59,386 nt of DNA from a virus (taxonomy: Duplodnaviria; Caudoviricetes): positions 1 through 59,386 of IMG/VR virus record IMGVR_UViG_3300011335_000447; one strand, 5' to 3'. The notes below the pieces were generated by a model. The model searched no databases. It saw only the letters and a program-made list of their open reading frames with translations, and had not been told where the DNA came from. The position numbers and the translations under genes were made by a program. This document shows, one piece after another, positions 9,382-19,336 of this stretch. Position 1 is the stretch's first letter. Every line of letters begins with the position of its first letter.

Positions 9382-11504
9382 CAATCTCAGTAACAGGTCC
9401 AGATGGCTCAACTTTTAATTTTTCTGATGAAACAAGTCGGGAAACAATAAGCAGTGCTTTGTCTAAACATTACGGCACTTCAACGTCTGAAGATGACGTT
9501 GATAAAGCCCCCCGAGAACTATCAGGCCTGGAAGATTTAAAACGTAAAGCTGGTGTTGCTCTTCGCGGTTTCGCACCTGGGGTTGTTTCAGGCGCTGGTT
9601 TTGCTGGAGGCGCTGCTTTGGGCGCTCAAGTTGGTCTTTTGGGTGGGCCTCTTGCGCCTGTAACGGTGCCAGTCGCTGGCCTTATTGGTGGTCTTGGCGG
9701 TTCTTATCTTGCGAACAAACTTTCTAAAGATGCGGTGCAAAACAAATTAGACGAATTAGGCGTTCCTAAAGCGGAAACTGAAGGTGAACGTTTATTGCAA
9801 ACAGGCGCTGAAACAGCAGCAAATGTGCTTACACCAGTCGGCGCTGGAAAAGCGTTGTTAAAGGCAGCGGCTGAAAAAGAGTTGTTAAAGACAGCAACTG
9901 AGACAGCAGCAAATGTACTTACACCAGTCGGCGCTGGAAAAGCGTTGTTAAAGGCAGGGGCTGAAAAAGCTGGTAAGTTTCTTGCCACGGCTCCCAAGAC
10001 GCAGTTGTTAGCTGCTGAAGCTGGTGCGCTTACAAGTGAAGCAACGGGAGACGAAACGGCTGGATTAAAAGCTGGTATTGGGATTCCTCTTGTATTGGGT
10101 GCGCTTGGAAAGTTTAAAGGCGCGGCACCTAAAAAAATTGAAATTAAAAAAGAATCTACAGAACTTTACAAAAAAGCGTTTAATTCAAATTTTAAAATTT
10201 CCGCAGATGATTTTAATGCCTTAGCTGATGATTTAGACACTACGATAAGGGCCGAATATAACCCTATTTTGCACCCGCAAATAACTCCAATTCTTAATTA
10301 TATAGAAAACCAAAAAGATTCTGGAAAAACTTTAAAAGAATTAGAACTTATTAGAAGAAGCATTGGTAAAAAAACAAATTCAGCTTTTAAATCTAATGAT
10401 CTTGATTCTGGGCGCGTTGGAAAAATTGCATTAGATAAAATTGATGAATTTTTTGAAAATCAGACAGACCCAGCAGTGACTGACCTGTTGAAGGCCAGAA
10501 CTCTTGCGTCCAAAAAACTTCGCATGTCTGGAATAGAAGAAATTCTTAGGGCCTCTAAAGATATTAACGATCCTAGTTATATAATTACAAAATTTAAATC
10601 TATTATAAAGAATCCATATAAATTTAATATGTATTCTCCAGATCAACAAAAAATTATAAAAAGCATAGTAAGCAGCCCATTACAATCTTTTGGTGAATTG
10701 TCACCTTCCTTGTCAGGTTTCGGGATAGCCAAGGGGGCGGCTTATGGTGCTGGCGCTGTTTTAAGCCCAGGCATTGCCGGTGGGGTTGCGGCAACATCTT
10801 TAGCCGCTAAGGTTCTAGCCAACAGAAATAGAAAACAAAAGATACAAGCACTAATGGATTCTATAGCTGGCGGCGGTAAGTTTGATGAAAACGTACTTAT
10901 TTCGCCTGGAATAGCTGGTGCAAAGGGCGCACTTGCTCCTAACGATCAGGAACAGCCGCAGTCTGCGCCCGTAGATACAAGCAGCATTGATTCACAGCAA
11001 TCAGAAGATGCTGCAATCGACCCGACATTTCAAAAAATGTTAGGGATTGAAAGTGCTACTGGGCAATTTGATAAGAAGGGCGATACCGTCATCTCCCCGG
11101 TCGGGGCCGTTGGTGCTGCTCAAATTATGGAAGATACCGCGCCAGAAGCGGCTGCACTTGCTGGCTTGGAGTATGATCGTGATCGTCTTTATAACGATGA
11201 AGAATACAACAAAGCACTAGGCAGTGCTTATTACAATAATCTTCTTAATGAATTTGGCGACCCAATTCTTGCCGCCGCTGCGTACAACGGTGGTATTGGC
11301 AGAGTTAAAACTGCAATTAAAAAATCAGAATCTTCGGGAAAGCCTTGGATTAATTTTGTTCCGTTAGAAACTCAAAATTACGTTGCTAAATTAATGCCAA
11401 AACAAGTTTCTGCTAACACCTACGCCGCAGGTGGCCCCGTTTACACGCACCCAGCCATTTCATCTATTCGCTCTAAACGCGCCGTGGGCAGGATGACGTC
11501 ATGA
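9378..11504 (+). CDS. Ejection protein with C-terminal lytic transglycosylase (SLT) domain
   Basis: IES...SPVGAVGAAQIM..TA, AAAAYNGGIGRV, ETQNYV. Confidence 0.85.
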   Translation: MTISVTGPDGSTFNFSDETSRETISSALSKHYGTSTSEDDVDKAPRELSGLEDLKRKAGVALRGFAPGVVSGAGFAGGAALGAQVGLLGGPLAPVTVPVAGLIGGLGGSYLANKLSKDAVQNKLDELGVPKAETEGERLLQTGAETAANVLTPVGAGKALLKAAAEKELLKTATETAANVLTPVGAGKALLKAGAEKAGKFLATAPKTQLLAAEAGALTSEATGDETAGLKAGIGIPLVLGALGKFKGAAPKKIEIKKESTELYKKAFNSNFKISADDFNALADDLDTTIRAEYNPILHPQITPILNYIENQKDSGKTLKELELIRRSIGKKTNSAFKSNDLDSGRVGKIALDKIDEFFENQTDPAVTDLLKARTLASKKLRMSGIEEILRASKDINDPSYIITKFKSIIKNPYKFNMYSPDQQKIIKSIVSSPLQSFGELSPSLSGFGIAKGAAYGAGAVLSPGIAGGVAATSLAAKVLANRNRKQKIQALMDSIAGGGKFDENVLISPGIAGAKGALAPNDQEQPQSAPVDTSSIDSQQSEDAAIDPTFQKMLGIESATGQFDKKGDTVISPVGAVGAAQIMEDTAPEAAALAGLEYDRDRLYNDEEYNKALGSAYYNNLLNEFGDPILAAAAYNGGIGRVKTAIKKSESSGKPWINFVPLETQNYVAKLMPKQVSANTYAAGGPVYTHPAISSIRSKRAVGRMTS
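9810..9968 (+). repeat. 90-bp spaced in-frame duplication (ETAANVLTPVGAGKALLKA)
   Basis: Copies at 9810 and 9900. Confidence 0.85.
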
Positions 11505-11713
11505 GTGATTTGCTAGTTCTTGAAGCTCGCCTGAATATGCACGAAGATATTTGTGCGGAGCGGTACGCTGACATCAAGAAGTCGTTTGAGCGTATTCATG
11601 TTGACCACGAGAAAATTTCAGGGCGAATTGATAAGATTGGTTTTTCCATCATTGGCCTGTTGATTGCGATGGTCGGCTGGCTATTAATTAACGGTGTTCC
11701 ATGGAAGGGTTAA
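11501..11713 (+). CDS. Small coiled-coil plus TM protein (lysis cassette)
   Basis: HEDICAERY motif and C-terminal TM helix. Confidence 0.6.
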   Translation: MSDLLVLEARLNMHEDICAERYADIKKSFERIHVDHEKISGRIDKIGFSIIGLLIAMVGWLLINGVPWKG

Positions 11714-12105
11714 GGGAAGACCTGATTGCCGAGGAAGGCATACGGCTAAAGCCGTACCTGTGCCCAGCCGGTAAGACCACCATTGGCATTGGCCGCAACC
11801 TGGATGACGTTGGCATTACCGAGGACGAGGCTATGGCTATGCTCGATAATGACATCGGGCGGGTTAAGGCCCAGCTTGCCAAGGCACTCCCCTGGCTGGA
11901 AACCAAGCCCCCCGGCGTTCAACGGGCCATAGCCAATATGACCTTCCAGATGGGCCTGGGGGCGCTGCTGAAGTTCAAGAAAATGCTCGCCGCCCTGCAA
12001 GCCAGGGATTATACTTCGGCCCGTACGGAAGCCCTGGATAGCGCCTGGGCCAAGCAGACTCCGCAACGTGCAAAGCGTGTAACTGATCTATTCAAGGAGG
12101 ATTAA
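11701..12105 (+). CDS. Endolysin, T4-lysozyme-like muramidase
   Basis: EEGIRLKPYLCPAGKTTIGIGRNL; NMTFQMG; DSAWAKQTPQRAKR. Confidence 0.9.
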   Translation: MEGLREDLIAEEGIRLKPYLCPAGKTTIGIGRNLDDVGITEDEAMAMLDNDIGRVKAQLAKALPWLETKPPGVQRAIANMTFQMGLGALLKFKKMLAALQARDYTSARTEALDSAWAKQTPQRAKRVTDLFKED

Positions 12106-12297
12106 ATGGACACGACAAAATGGTACGCTAGCAAGACTTTGTGGGTAAACTTAGTTGCCACCTTCGCCACCCTGACCGGGGCGTTTAATCTTGACTTGGG
12201 CCTGACGCCCGACGTTCAGGCGACCGTGGTAACGACCATTCTGGCGCTGGTTAATATTGGTCTGCGCTTCGTGACGACGACCCCTATTTCTAAGTGA
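12106..12297 (+). CDS. Holin
   Basis: KWYASKTLWVN, two TM helices, LRFVTTTP; SD aggagg. Confidence 0.75.
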   Translation: MDTTKWYASKTLWVNLVATFATLTGAFNLDLGLTPDVQATVVTTILALVNIGLRFVTTTPISK

Positions 12298-12533
12298 TCG
12301 GTCTGATTAAAACGGTCTTTGGGGCACTCGGGGCGATCTTCGGGTACTTCAAGGACCGGCAACTTATCAACGCTGGCAAAGCGGAACAGGCCAATGACAC
12401 TGCTCAAGCTACGCTGGACACCATTGCTAAGGTTGTTGTTCCTGTTACCGACGCTGATCGTAAGCGCGTGTGGGACCGTCTCCAAGCCAAGCGTGGACCC
12501 AAGCCGAGTGTGCCTGATGATCCCGCCGCCTGA
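12294..12533 (+). CDS. i-spanin (Rz-like)
   Basis: N-terminal TM then helical domain, after holin. Confidence 0.6.
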   Translation: MIGLIKTVFGALGAIFGYFKDRQLINAGKAEQANDTAQATLDTIAKVVVPVTDADRKRVWDRLQAKRGPKPSVPDDPAA

Positions 12534-12603
12534 CCTAGAAAGCCCAACGCGCTGGATGATGGACTACGCTGTCGTGTGGTCTGAACGGCTGGGGTGTGGA
12601 TAA
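12394..12603 (+). CDS. o-spanin (Rz1-like lipoprotein) overlapping the i-spanin
   Basis: MTLLKLRW...LIVSA-C lipobox, Pro-rich mature part, alternate frame. Confidence 0.65.
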   Translation: MTLLKLRWTPLLRLLFLLPTLIVSACGTVSKPSVDPSRVCLMIPPPDLESPTRWMMDYAVVWSERLGCG

Positions 12604-12868
12604 CATGAACTGGGGCGACATACTTAAAGCAATCATTCCCGTAGTCGTCGCGTCAATCGCTTGGTTACTGGGCGAAGTGAACGGCATGGGCATCCGCATG
12701 ACCAAGATTGAGGGTCAACTGCCTGTGCTGATTACGCCGCAAGGCATCCCGGCTGACAGCCCGATTTCGGCGGAAGCGCGGCACAAGATGCGTGAGGAAA
12801 TATTCATGCAGATGAACGACCTAAACGTCCGTCTGCGGTTGATGGAAGAGCGGCAGAAGCAGAAGTAA
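12596..12868 (+). CDS. Membrane-anchored hypothetical protein
   Basis: N-terminal TM, C-terminal coiled coil. Confidence 0.6.
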   Translation: MDNMNWGDILKAIIPVVVASIAWLLGEVNGMGIRMTKIEGQLPVLITPQGIPADSPISAEARHKMREEIFMQMNDLNVRLRLMEERQKQK

Positions 12869-12897
12869 ATAAAAGGGGGTGAGCCTAAGCCCACCCC
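12867..12897 (-). terminator. Intrinsic terminator between convergent operons
   Basis: Minus strand ggggtgggc-ttag-gctcacccc followed by cttttattt. Confidence 0.75.
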
Positions 12898-13031
12898 ATA
12901 TCTTCGTCGTCGCTCACAATCTGCGCCAAGGCGTTGCGTTAAGGATGTGAAATAAGATCAGTTTTTGCGAAATCGTCAAATCTGGGGGCGGTTCAAACAA
13001 ACTTAAGAACGCTTTAAATATTTTTTTCACT

Positions 13032-13337
13032 TTAAATCTCCATTTCTTTGTCTGCCAAATTCTGCATTCCCTCGAAGTAGCCGGTCACGATCACCTCGAT
13101 AAGATCAGACCACTCCTTCTGGCTAAACTCAGCCATGTCGGTCTTCTTCAGCCACTCTAAATACTCTCCAGCCCGTTCGCTGGATAGTTCCATTGCTTTC
13201 TTTTCGTTCTTAGTTGGGTCTATCATACAGTTGTCCTGACATTGTTTAGAGCAAAAGTGCAGTACTGGGCCGATAGCGCGTATGACCTTTGGGTCAAATT
13301 GAAAGCCTCGACTCTCCCGATGACATATGTGACACAT
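13032..13337 (-). CDS. Zn-finger plus DUF6511-like phage protein
   Basis: CHICHR...FCSKQC; MIDPTKNE...AGEYLE...KTD.AE. Confidence 0.6.
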   Translation of the reverse strand: MCHICHRESRGFQFDPKVIRAIGPVLHFCSKQCQDNCMIDPTKNEKKAMELSSERAGEYLEWLKKTDMAEFSQKEWSDLIEVIVTGYFEGMQNLADKEMEI

Positions 13338-14922
13338 CAAATTTATATTGCGTGATTTCATCAAATTTGCCGTTGCGTTTGATTTGTATAGAACTTGGCT
13401 TTCTTAATTCGTGCTTCCGCACAATCGCTTCCGTTACCAAAACTGGCGACTTCTTACCACTGCGACGAAACCACCAAGCCTTAGCTTTCTCAGCGGCAAA
13501 GCCAAAGTGTTCCAAGCAAACCCACTCGCTGTACTTCAAGAACCCACAGCCGTAAGTCACCTTGAGGCTGTCAGGCTTCCCAGCCTTGCGGTGTGTGGTA
13601 TACTGGACGCTATCAACATCAACCCAGTGCGTAAGGCTACCGCTTGATAGAACCGGCAATTCGCTGGCTTTAGATACAATCTGAATTTCGCGGGGGAACT
13701 CGTAGCCGCAATCGGGGCATTGCATACATGACAAATGCACAACGCTACGGCATTGGGGGCAGTTCTTAACCAAAGGACCGTCGCTAGGTTCGGTCTTCTC
13801 CCGGTGGTCTTTGTTCTTGACCCTGGCTTGATCGACAGGCCCGTGGCGCTGGATGTTACGGGCGAAGTCTAGAATCAAGCAGTCCTTCTTATCATCAGCA
13901 ATACGCATACCCCGGCCAACGATTTGTACGTACAAACCTGGGGACTTTGTAGGCCGCAAGACGGCGATCATGTCCACTTGCGGTGCATTGAAGCCTGTTG
14001 TCAGCACGCCCATAGAACACAACGCACGTATCTCACCGCGTTTAAACGCTGCAATCGTTTCGGCACGTTCGTCTTTGGGTGTGTCGCCAAAGATGGTACG
14101 GCAATCTACGCCCTCTTCGTTCAGCATTTCCGACAGATGGCGGCAGTGGTTTACGCCAGAGCCAAATACCAGCCAATGGTTACGGTCTTGGCCCCACTCA
14201 ATCATCTCTTCAACGGCTCGGCGGTTAATGCCTTCTTCGTCTACAGCTTCTTGCAACTCGGCCTGGATGAACTCTCCGCCTCTGGTATGGACGCCGCTGG
14301 TGTCTAGTTCTAACCGTGTGTTCTTGGTAATCAGGTTGCAGAGATAACCTTCTTTAACCGCATCGAGGACGCTGTAATCGTAGCAAACGTCATCAAACAA
14401 TGCCCCATCGCCCCGGTGCAGCATCCCGCTGTCCATGCGGTACGGCGTAGCCGTCAGCCCGATGATCCGCATCTTGGGGTTGGCTACGCGAAGGCTGTTC
14501 AGAAACTTCTGGTACATCGTGTTGACCTTGCGCGGTATCAAATGCGCTTCGTCTACGATTACGAAATCCACCTTCTGAAACAGGTGCGCTTTAGAATGTA
14601 CGGATTGGATTCCGCAGAACACAACGGTTGGGGTGTGTTGGCGCTTACCAATGCCAGCCGAATAGATGCCAGCGTCAGCCTCGGGCCATTGGCGCATCAT
14701 CTCTTCATGGTTCTGTTTAATCAGTTCCATAACGTGAGTGACAACTACGATCTTCATCTCGCCGTATTCCGCAATAGACCGGCGGCATATCTCGGACAGC
14801 ACAAGGCTCTTGCCGGTGCCGGTGGGCAGAACGATCAGCGGGTTGGCCGAATGGCCATCACCCTCAAACCACTCAAATACTGAATCAACCGATTGTTGTT
14901 GGTAAGGACGTAACTGTAGCAT
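13294..14922 (-). CDS. SF2 DEAH helicase (RadD-like) with Zn ribbon
   Basis: LRPYQ, PTGTGKS, DEAH, TAT, QIVGRGMR, CPQC..CPDC. Confidence 0.92.
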   Translation of the reverse strand: MLQLRPYQQQSVDSVFEWFEGDGHSANPLIVLPTGTGKSLVLSEICRRSIAEYGEMKIVVVTHVMELIKQNHEEMMRQWPEADAGIYSAGIGKRQHTPTVVFCGIQSVHSKAHLFQKVDFVIVDEAHLIPRKVNTMYQKFLNSLRVANPKMRIIGLTATPYRMDSGMLHRGDGALFDDVCYDYSVLDAVKEGYLCNLITKNTRLELDTSGVHTRGGEFIQAELQEAVDEEGINRRAVEEMIEWGQDRNHWLVFGSGVNHCRHLSEMLNEEGVDCRTIFGDTPKDERAETIAAFKRGEIRALCSMGVLTTGFNAPQVDMIAVLRPTKSPGLYVQIVGRGMRIADDKKDCLILDFARNIQRHGPVDQARVKNKDHREKTEPSDGPLVKNCPQCRSVVHLSCMQCPDCGYEFPREIQIVSKASELPVLSSGSLTHWVDVDSVQYTTHRKAGKPDSLKVTYGCGFLKYSEWVCLEHFGFAAEKAKAWWFRRSGKKSPVLVTEAIVRKHELRKPSSIQIKRNGKFDEITQYKFDVSHMSSGESRLSI

Positions 14923-15850
14923 TTTGGTTCCTAATTATGTTTCCATCATTGAGTTTGTATTCAATCCAGCCTTCACCGGCATCAGTTTGCGTTCCCGGCA
15001 TCAGGCCAGGGTTGTACAAATGATCCTTACAGCCAGACTTCTGTACTTCACGACTTAGTTCTTGTTTGTGCAGTTCGCACATCCATTTGCCGTTTTGAGC
15101 GGACGTTGAGTGAACGCAAGTGCGGCAATTCGGTGTTGGTATCTTATCGCTGTGGCAATTTTCAGTAAACGGACACCACTTACATTGGAACCATGCCGCG
15201 CTTTCAGATATACGCGGCGGGGGCTTATCGGCGCTAACGATCTTGTTGGCCCGATCTATGTAGTGCTTGGCCGCGTCAGGGTTTAACGCTGTAAAGCACG
15301 CTGTATCATCACGGCTCCCTGGCGTGCAAACCGTCAGGTAGTGCCACTTGATATTGAAGTAATGCATATATAATTGGGCTTGGGCGAAATAGATTTCGTC
15401 CCATTCTAACAAGGCGCGTGACTCGTCTTTTACCTTCAGCTTTATCAGCTTCTCAAACTTCTCGACGTTTACACACTTGTGTTCCCAGACGTGTTGTTCT
15501 GGGGAATGTTCTAGCCCGAAGATGATGCCGTCTAAGTGGCCGCGAATGTGACCGTCTTCAAAGCCAAACTGTTCGCCGTTTTCCTGATGGGTATGGAGCG
15601 ATATGCCATCCACCAGCCGCAAGCGGCCAGCCATCACTTCTTCGCTGTTGTGGCCGTCTGCAATGGCTTTAAGGGACTTGGCTGTCATCTTCTCCGCATT
15701 GACCCAGTGAAACTGGTTCCAGATGCGCCGTTCGCAAGCCGAGCCGATAGAAGACGCGCCGATGTAGCCCCGCTGATCTGAGGTGTACTGCTGTTCCATA
15801 GCATCGTTCATACGCATAAGCGTTGGATCGGGGAGACTGATAGGGACCAT
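14885..15850 (-). CDS. PD-(D/E)XK exonuclease (Cas4/RecB-like)
   Basis: YIGASSIG.AC.R, GHLDG, WEHK, QAQLYM, CKWCPF...C. Confidence 0.85.
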   Translation of the reverse strand: MVPISLPDPTLMRMNDAMEQQYTSDQRGYIGASSIGSACERRIWNQFHWVNAEKMTAKSLKAIADGHNSEEVMAGRLRLVDGISLHTHQENGEQFGFEDGHIRGHLDGIIFGLEHSPEQHVWEHKCVNVEKFEKLIKLKVKDESRALLEWDEIYFAQAQLYMHYFNIKWHYLTVCTPGSRDDTACFTALNPDAAKHYIDRANKIVSADKPPPRISESAAWFQCKWCPFTENCHSDKIPTPNCRTCVHSTSAQNGKWMCELHKQELSREVQKSGCKDHLYNPGLMPGTQTDAGEGWIEYKLNDGNIIRNQNATVTSLPTTIG

Positions 15851-16890
15851 CACAGAACAACCTCATAATGACTGCGAGTAGCTTCGCCATTTTTATAACT
15901 TCCCCTTATAAAGGGACGCCACCAGTAAACTCCATTTTTCTTTATTTTAAAGTGTCCGCGAACTAAATGCTTTCGTATCTCATAATCAGTCATGCCTTCT
16001 GAGAGAGCCGTTAGGCGATCACGTTTGGATAAAACTATTTTAACCACATTGTATGACATAAGTTCAGAACGTCCGTTTCTAACTCGTTTTTTATTAAGTT
16101 TCTTAAAATCTTGATTTTCAATTGCTATGTTATTACGAGAATTAAGAAGGGCTAATGTTGACAATAAAAGCCCACCCTCCGCCGCTATATCGCTAAACCA
16201 ATCTGACTTTTTTATATGGCTTTCAGGATCAACATAACAAAGTGATGGAAACATAGTTATGCGGTCTTCCAAAATCATTGCGGCTTTGCGCTCTTTATCA
16301 TTGAATTTGTCAAAAAAAGGATTCGTAAGCATAGCTGTATTTTTTTCCGCCCAATAAGAAGCAGTTTCGTTTAATAATTTTGTTACTTGTTCGGGAAGAT
16401 TTTTATCAACTAAAAATTCAGCTACATGGTTTATAGCTTGGCTGTATGTGTGATCGCCTACAGCAAAACACATATCTATTGGGCAAATTACAATACCAAT
16501 AATTGGATTTAGTTCTGGTGGTAATTTTTGTTTCCACATGCATGAAACTCTAAAATTTTGCCCAGAATCACCTAAATATTCTATTAGCATTCCAAATTTT
16601 TCAGGAACAATAGCTTCCGGCCTTGTCTTTGAATTATCCCAAGTTTTGTCGTCAGTCGCGGCACCGGCCCTTTCGATCCATGTCAATTTATAAGGAGGAC
16701 GGCACAACGGCATCGCCTCTAAAAGAGAAGACGGTTTTGATTTGTGAATCTGAAAAGCGGCATCCAAAGCAGTAGCCGACAACACAAATTTTTGTGCATC
16801 CTTAATCTTAGTAATAAGGCCATCTCTATAAAGACGCTCATTTACTATAGCCGGATGCGAAATATGAGCTATTACATCATCTGCTAACAT
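15850..16890 (-). CDS. Hypothetical protein, AT-rich
   Basis: ATG 16890 with SD ggaggag; C-terminal RKHLVRGHFK..WWRPFIRG motif. Confidence 0.7.
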   Translation of the reverse strand: MLADDVIAHISHPAIVNERLYRDGLITKIKDAQKFVLSATALDAAFQIHKSKPSSLLEAMPLCRPPYKLTWIERAGAATDDKTWDNSKTRPEAIVPEKFGMLIEYLGDSGQNFRVSCMWKQKLPPELNPIIGIVICPIDMCFAVGDHTYSQAINHVAEFLVDKNLPEQVTKLLNETASYWAEKNTAMLTNPFFDKFNDKERKAAMILEDRITMFPSLCYVDPESHIKKSDWFSDIAAEGGLLLSTLALLNSRNNIAIENQDFKKLNKKRVRNGRSELMSYNVVKIVLSKRDRLTALSEGMTDYEIRKHLVRGHFKIKKNGVYWWRPFIRGSYKNGEATRSHYEVVL

Positions 16891-16906
16891 TTTGTCTTTC
16901 TCCTCC

Positions 16907-16938
16907 AAAGAAAAGCCGGGGGCATTACACCCCCGGCT
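16907..16938 (-). terminator. Intrinsic terminator after SSB gene
   Basis: agccggggg/cccccggct stem with T-tract on minus strand. Confidence 0.8.
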
Positions 16939-16945
16939 AACCTTG

Positions 16946-17452
16946 CTACTTTTCCCAGGGCTTCTTCTTGGGACCGGTATTAGAAACCGCCGGTACAACA
17001 CGCACAGCCGTCGCTGGTGTGGCGGAAGCGTCTGAAGAAACGCTTTCGCTAATAGCAAAGAAACGAAATCTGTTTTCGTCCTCACCATTGTCGCTACGTT
17101 TCCCCATGGAAGCACGGACCTTTAAGGGAATATTATGCAGCATAGCTGTATTCTTGAACGGCTTGTCCAAAGTATTGGTTGATCGGAGCAAGTCTTTCAA
17201 AGCGCGGTTTGCAATTTCAACAGTTTTGTCGTTCTTGTTTACGACGTTCAGGTTTTCATAGAACTTACGGCCAACGTACTCGCCGTCGATAACCGTAAAT
17301 TCAAAGTTAATGTATTTTCCAAGGCCGTTTTTAGTTTCCTTGAAGTCGCTATCCGTTATCTCAACGACGTATTCACCAACAGGCAACAACGTCTTGACGG
17401 GACGATCTGATACAGCATCAGGGTTAAACTCAAATCCATGTAGTTCAGCCAT
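16946..17452 (-). CDS. Single-stranded DNA-binding protein (DUF669-like)
   Basis: LLPVGEY, GEYVGRKFYENLN, C-terminal KKPW. Confidence 0.8.
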   Translation of the reverse strand: MAELHGFEFNPDAVSDRPVKTLLPVGEYVVEITDSDFKETKNGLGKYINFEFTVIDGEYVGRKFYENLNVVNKNDKTVEIANRALKDLLRSTNTLDKPFKNTAMLHNIPLKVRASMGKRSDNGEDENRFRFFAISESVSSDASATPATAVRVVPAVSNTGPKKKPWEK

Positions 17453-17454
17453 AG

Positions 17455-18216
17455 TTATTCTCCTTTGGGTTCCATTGCTTTTGCAAGTTCGGTTGCGAAA
17501 GTCTCGTAGTCTAGCGACATAGATTCGGGCAGTGCCCAGCGGCTTTTGGCCACCCAGCCGGGGCGCTCTTGAGTGTGTAGAACACGCTCACCAGCACCAA
17601 CGGCTCGGGTCTTCTTCTGGTTAAAGCCTACGTCCGACTTCACAGTGTTTACACGGTAGTTCGCAAACATCAGAAGGTCACACCACTCCGAGATAATTGC
17701 TGAACCGCCTTTGTGGAGGTCTAGGGTGTAGCGGTCGTAGCTGTCTGTCAGCGGATCGTCGAACCTTTTAACCTGACTGTGCGCCAGAAATATGACCTGC
17801 ATATTTTTTTCATTACGGAGAAGATCAAACCCCTCCATAACGTTTCTCCACAGTTCAACGGCAAACGTGTATCCCTTGCCATAACCCATGTCCTCGATGT
17901 TAGCGATCTTGTGATTGACGGCTACCTGTTTGAAGATCAATTGCTCCATCCAATCGGCTGAATCCAGTACAACAGTTCCGAAGTCGTGGTCTTCGCTGTA
18001 CAGCGCACCGATAGATTCCATCACTTCATCGTATGATCGCGCCAGTGGGAAGGCCGTGACGTTAAGCGCGTCAAGACCTTCCTCAGTTTGAATGAACACT
18101 GGCTTGTCTGCTTGTGCGGCAAAGCTGCTCTTGCCGACCCCGTGAGTACCATAAAGAATAATACGTGGAGGGCGAACAACGCTGCCTTTCCGCAATGATT
18201 TAAGATTGATTGCCAT
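17455..18216 (-). CDS. AAA_24 / Sak4-like ATPase recombinase
   Basis: YGTHGVGKSS, VVLDSADW, GYGKGY, EWCD. Confidence 0.85.
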   Translation of the reverse strand: MAINLKSLRKGSVVRPPRIILYGTHGVGKSSFAAQADKPVFIQTEEGLDALNVTAFPLARSYDEVMESIGALYSEDHDFGTVVLDSADWMEQLIFKQVAVNHKIANIEDMGYGKGYTFAVELWRNVMEGFDLLRNEKNMQVIFLAHSQVKRFDDPLTDSYDRYTLDLHKGGSAIISEWCDLLMFANYRVNTVKSDVGFNQKKTRAVGAGERVLHTQERPGWVAKSRWALPESMSLDYETFATELAKAMEPKGE

Positions 18217-18217
18217 T

Positions 18218-18622
18218 TTACTTTTCCGTTCTGATTACGGTTACAGAAGTTTTTGCTGGTTCAATTGTCAGAGCCTTGCAAAAGTTTTTATAAAATTCTG
18301 GTTCGTTGTTTTCTAAATAGCGGAGTCCTTTCAGATCGAGTTCGGGTTTTTGTTTTACTGGTAACATATTTTCGGGGATACCAAGTTTCTGCACAAAATC
18401 CCAATCAACCTTACGGTTGAGGCGACCTGTGAGCGTGACCTTGTATGGTCCGACTTGGTGGGATTCAGAGCCTTCGATTTTTGATGTGAGAAAAGAGAGA
18501 ACCTCTTCCTCAATTTCAATGCGGCGTTTGTTTGCCGCAGTTTCTTCGTTCTTAGCGTCCATCCAATCGGCTGCTGCATCTTCAACAGTGCGATTGGAAA
18601 TCATTTTTGGTTTAAAGTTCAT
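18218..18622 (-). CDS. Conserved recombination-module protein
   Basis: WMDAK..E..A...R, RKVD, KPEL; SD gagg; upstream of Sak4-like gene. Confidence 0.7.
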   Translation of the reverse strand: MNFKPKMISNRTVEDAAADWMDAKNEETAANKRRIEIEEEVLSFLTSKIEGSESHQVGPYKVTLTGRLNRKVDWDFVQKLGIPENMLPVKQKPELDLKGLRYLENNEPEFYKNFCKALTIEPAKTSVTVIRTEK

Positions 18623-18667
18623 GTGTTCCTCGTTGGTTGCGGTTGATGGTACGTTCTAACAATTTGG

Positions 18668-18706
18668 AGATTGCAATATACAATACGTTATGTCAAACAC
18701 TATTTT
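18668..18706. promoter_or_regulatory. Divergent sigma70-like promoter region
   Basis: Minus TTGACA-17-CAATCT (18696-18668); plus ATACAA-17-TATTTT (18678-18706). Confidence 0.5.
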
Positions 18707-18725
18707 ATCTACCAAGGAGATTTAT

Positions 18726-18920
18726 ATGAAATTACGAAAATGGCTTGACCAACAGAAGCTCACAAATCGTGCTTTTGCAAAAATAATTAAAACTTCTGAG
18801 AGTGCGATAAATCGGTGGACGCGGACAGACACGCTGGGACGCATACCACGCCAGAAGTATATGGTGAGCATTGAGAAGGCAACAAACGGTAAAGTAAAAC
18901 CGCAGGATTTTTATTCGTGA
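18726..18920 (+). CDS. Cro-like HTH regulator
   Basis: MKLRKWL...FAKII..SESAINRW...IEKATNGKV.P.DF; SD aaggag. Confidence 0.8.
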   Translation: MKLRKWLDQQKLTNRAFAKIIKTSESAINRWTRTDTLGRIPRQKYMVSIEKATNGKVKPQDFYS

Positions 18921-19336
18921 GAAACGTTACCTTCACCGTGCCAGGACAACCTGTAGCGAAAGGCCGCGCCAGAATATCTACATATGGTGGTCACGTTCGT
19001 TCATACACACCAGAAAAAACGCGCCGGTATGAAAACCAAGTGTCGGCTTACGCTGCCGAAGCCATGAAAAATACGCCGCCGCTTGGTGGGCCTGTTGAAG
19101 TTGTTGTACAGGCGTTTATGATTGTGCCAGCTTCATGGTCGTTGAAAAAGCGGCTGTCAGCTATCGCCGGTCAAATCAAACCAGTTACAAAACCTGATTT
19201 GGATAATATCGTTAAAGCCCTCGACGGCATGAACGGCATCGTGGTCGTTGATGATTCGCAGATTGTTAAACTGACAGCTACCAAACAATACGCCGAAACT
19301 CCTCAATTAATCGTAACGGTTATAGGGCAAGAATGA
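18917..19336 (+). CDS. rusA: RusA-family Holliday junction resolvase
   Basis: GQPVAKGRAR, KPDLDNIVK, DDSQIV. Confidence 0.9.
   Translation: MRNVTFTVPGQPVAKGRARISTYGGHVRSYTPEKTRRYENQVSAYAAEAMKNTPPLGGPVEVVVQAFMIVPASWSLKKRLSAIAGQIKPVTKPDLDNIVKALDGMNGIVVVDDSQIVKLTATKQYAETPQLIVTVIGQE

Noticed and set aside
12980-13020. tRNA (GGTTCAAA T-loop-like)
   Set aside because: No cloverleaf can be built
14885-15850. Cas4 as evidence of a CRISPR system
   Set aside because: Ordinary phage exonuclease in a Sak4/SSB/helicase module
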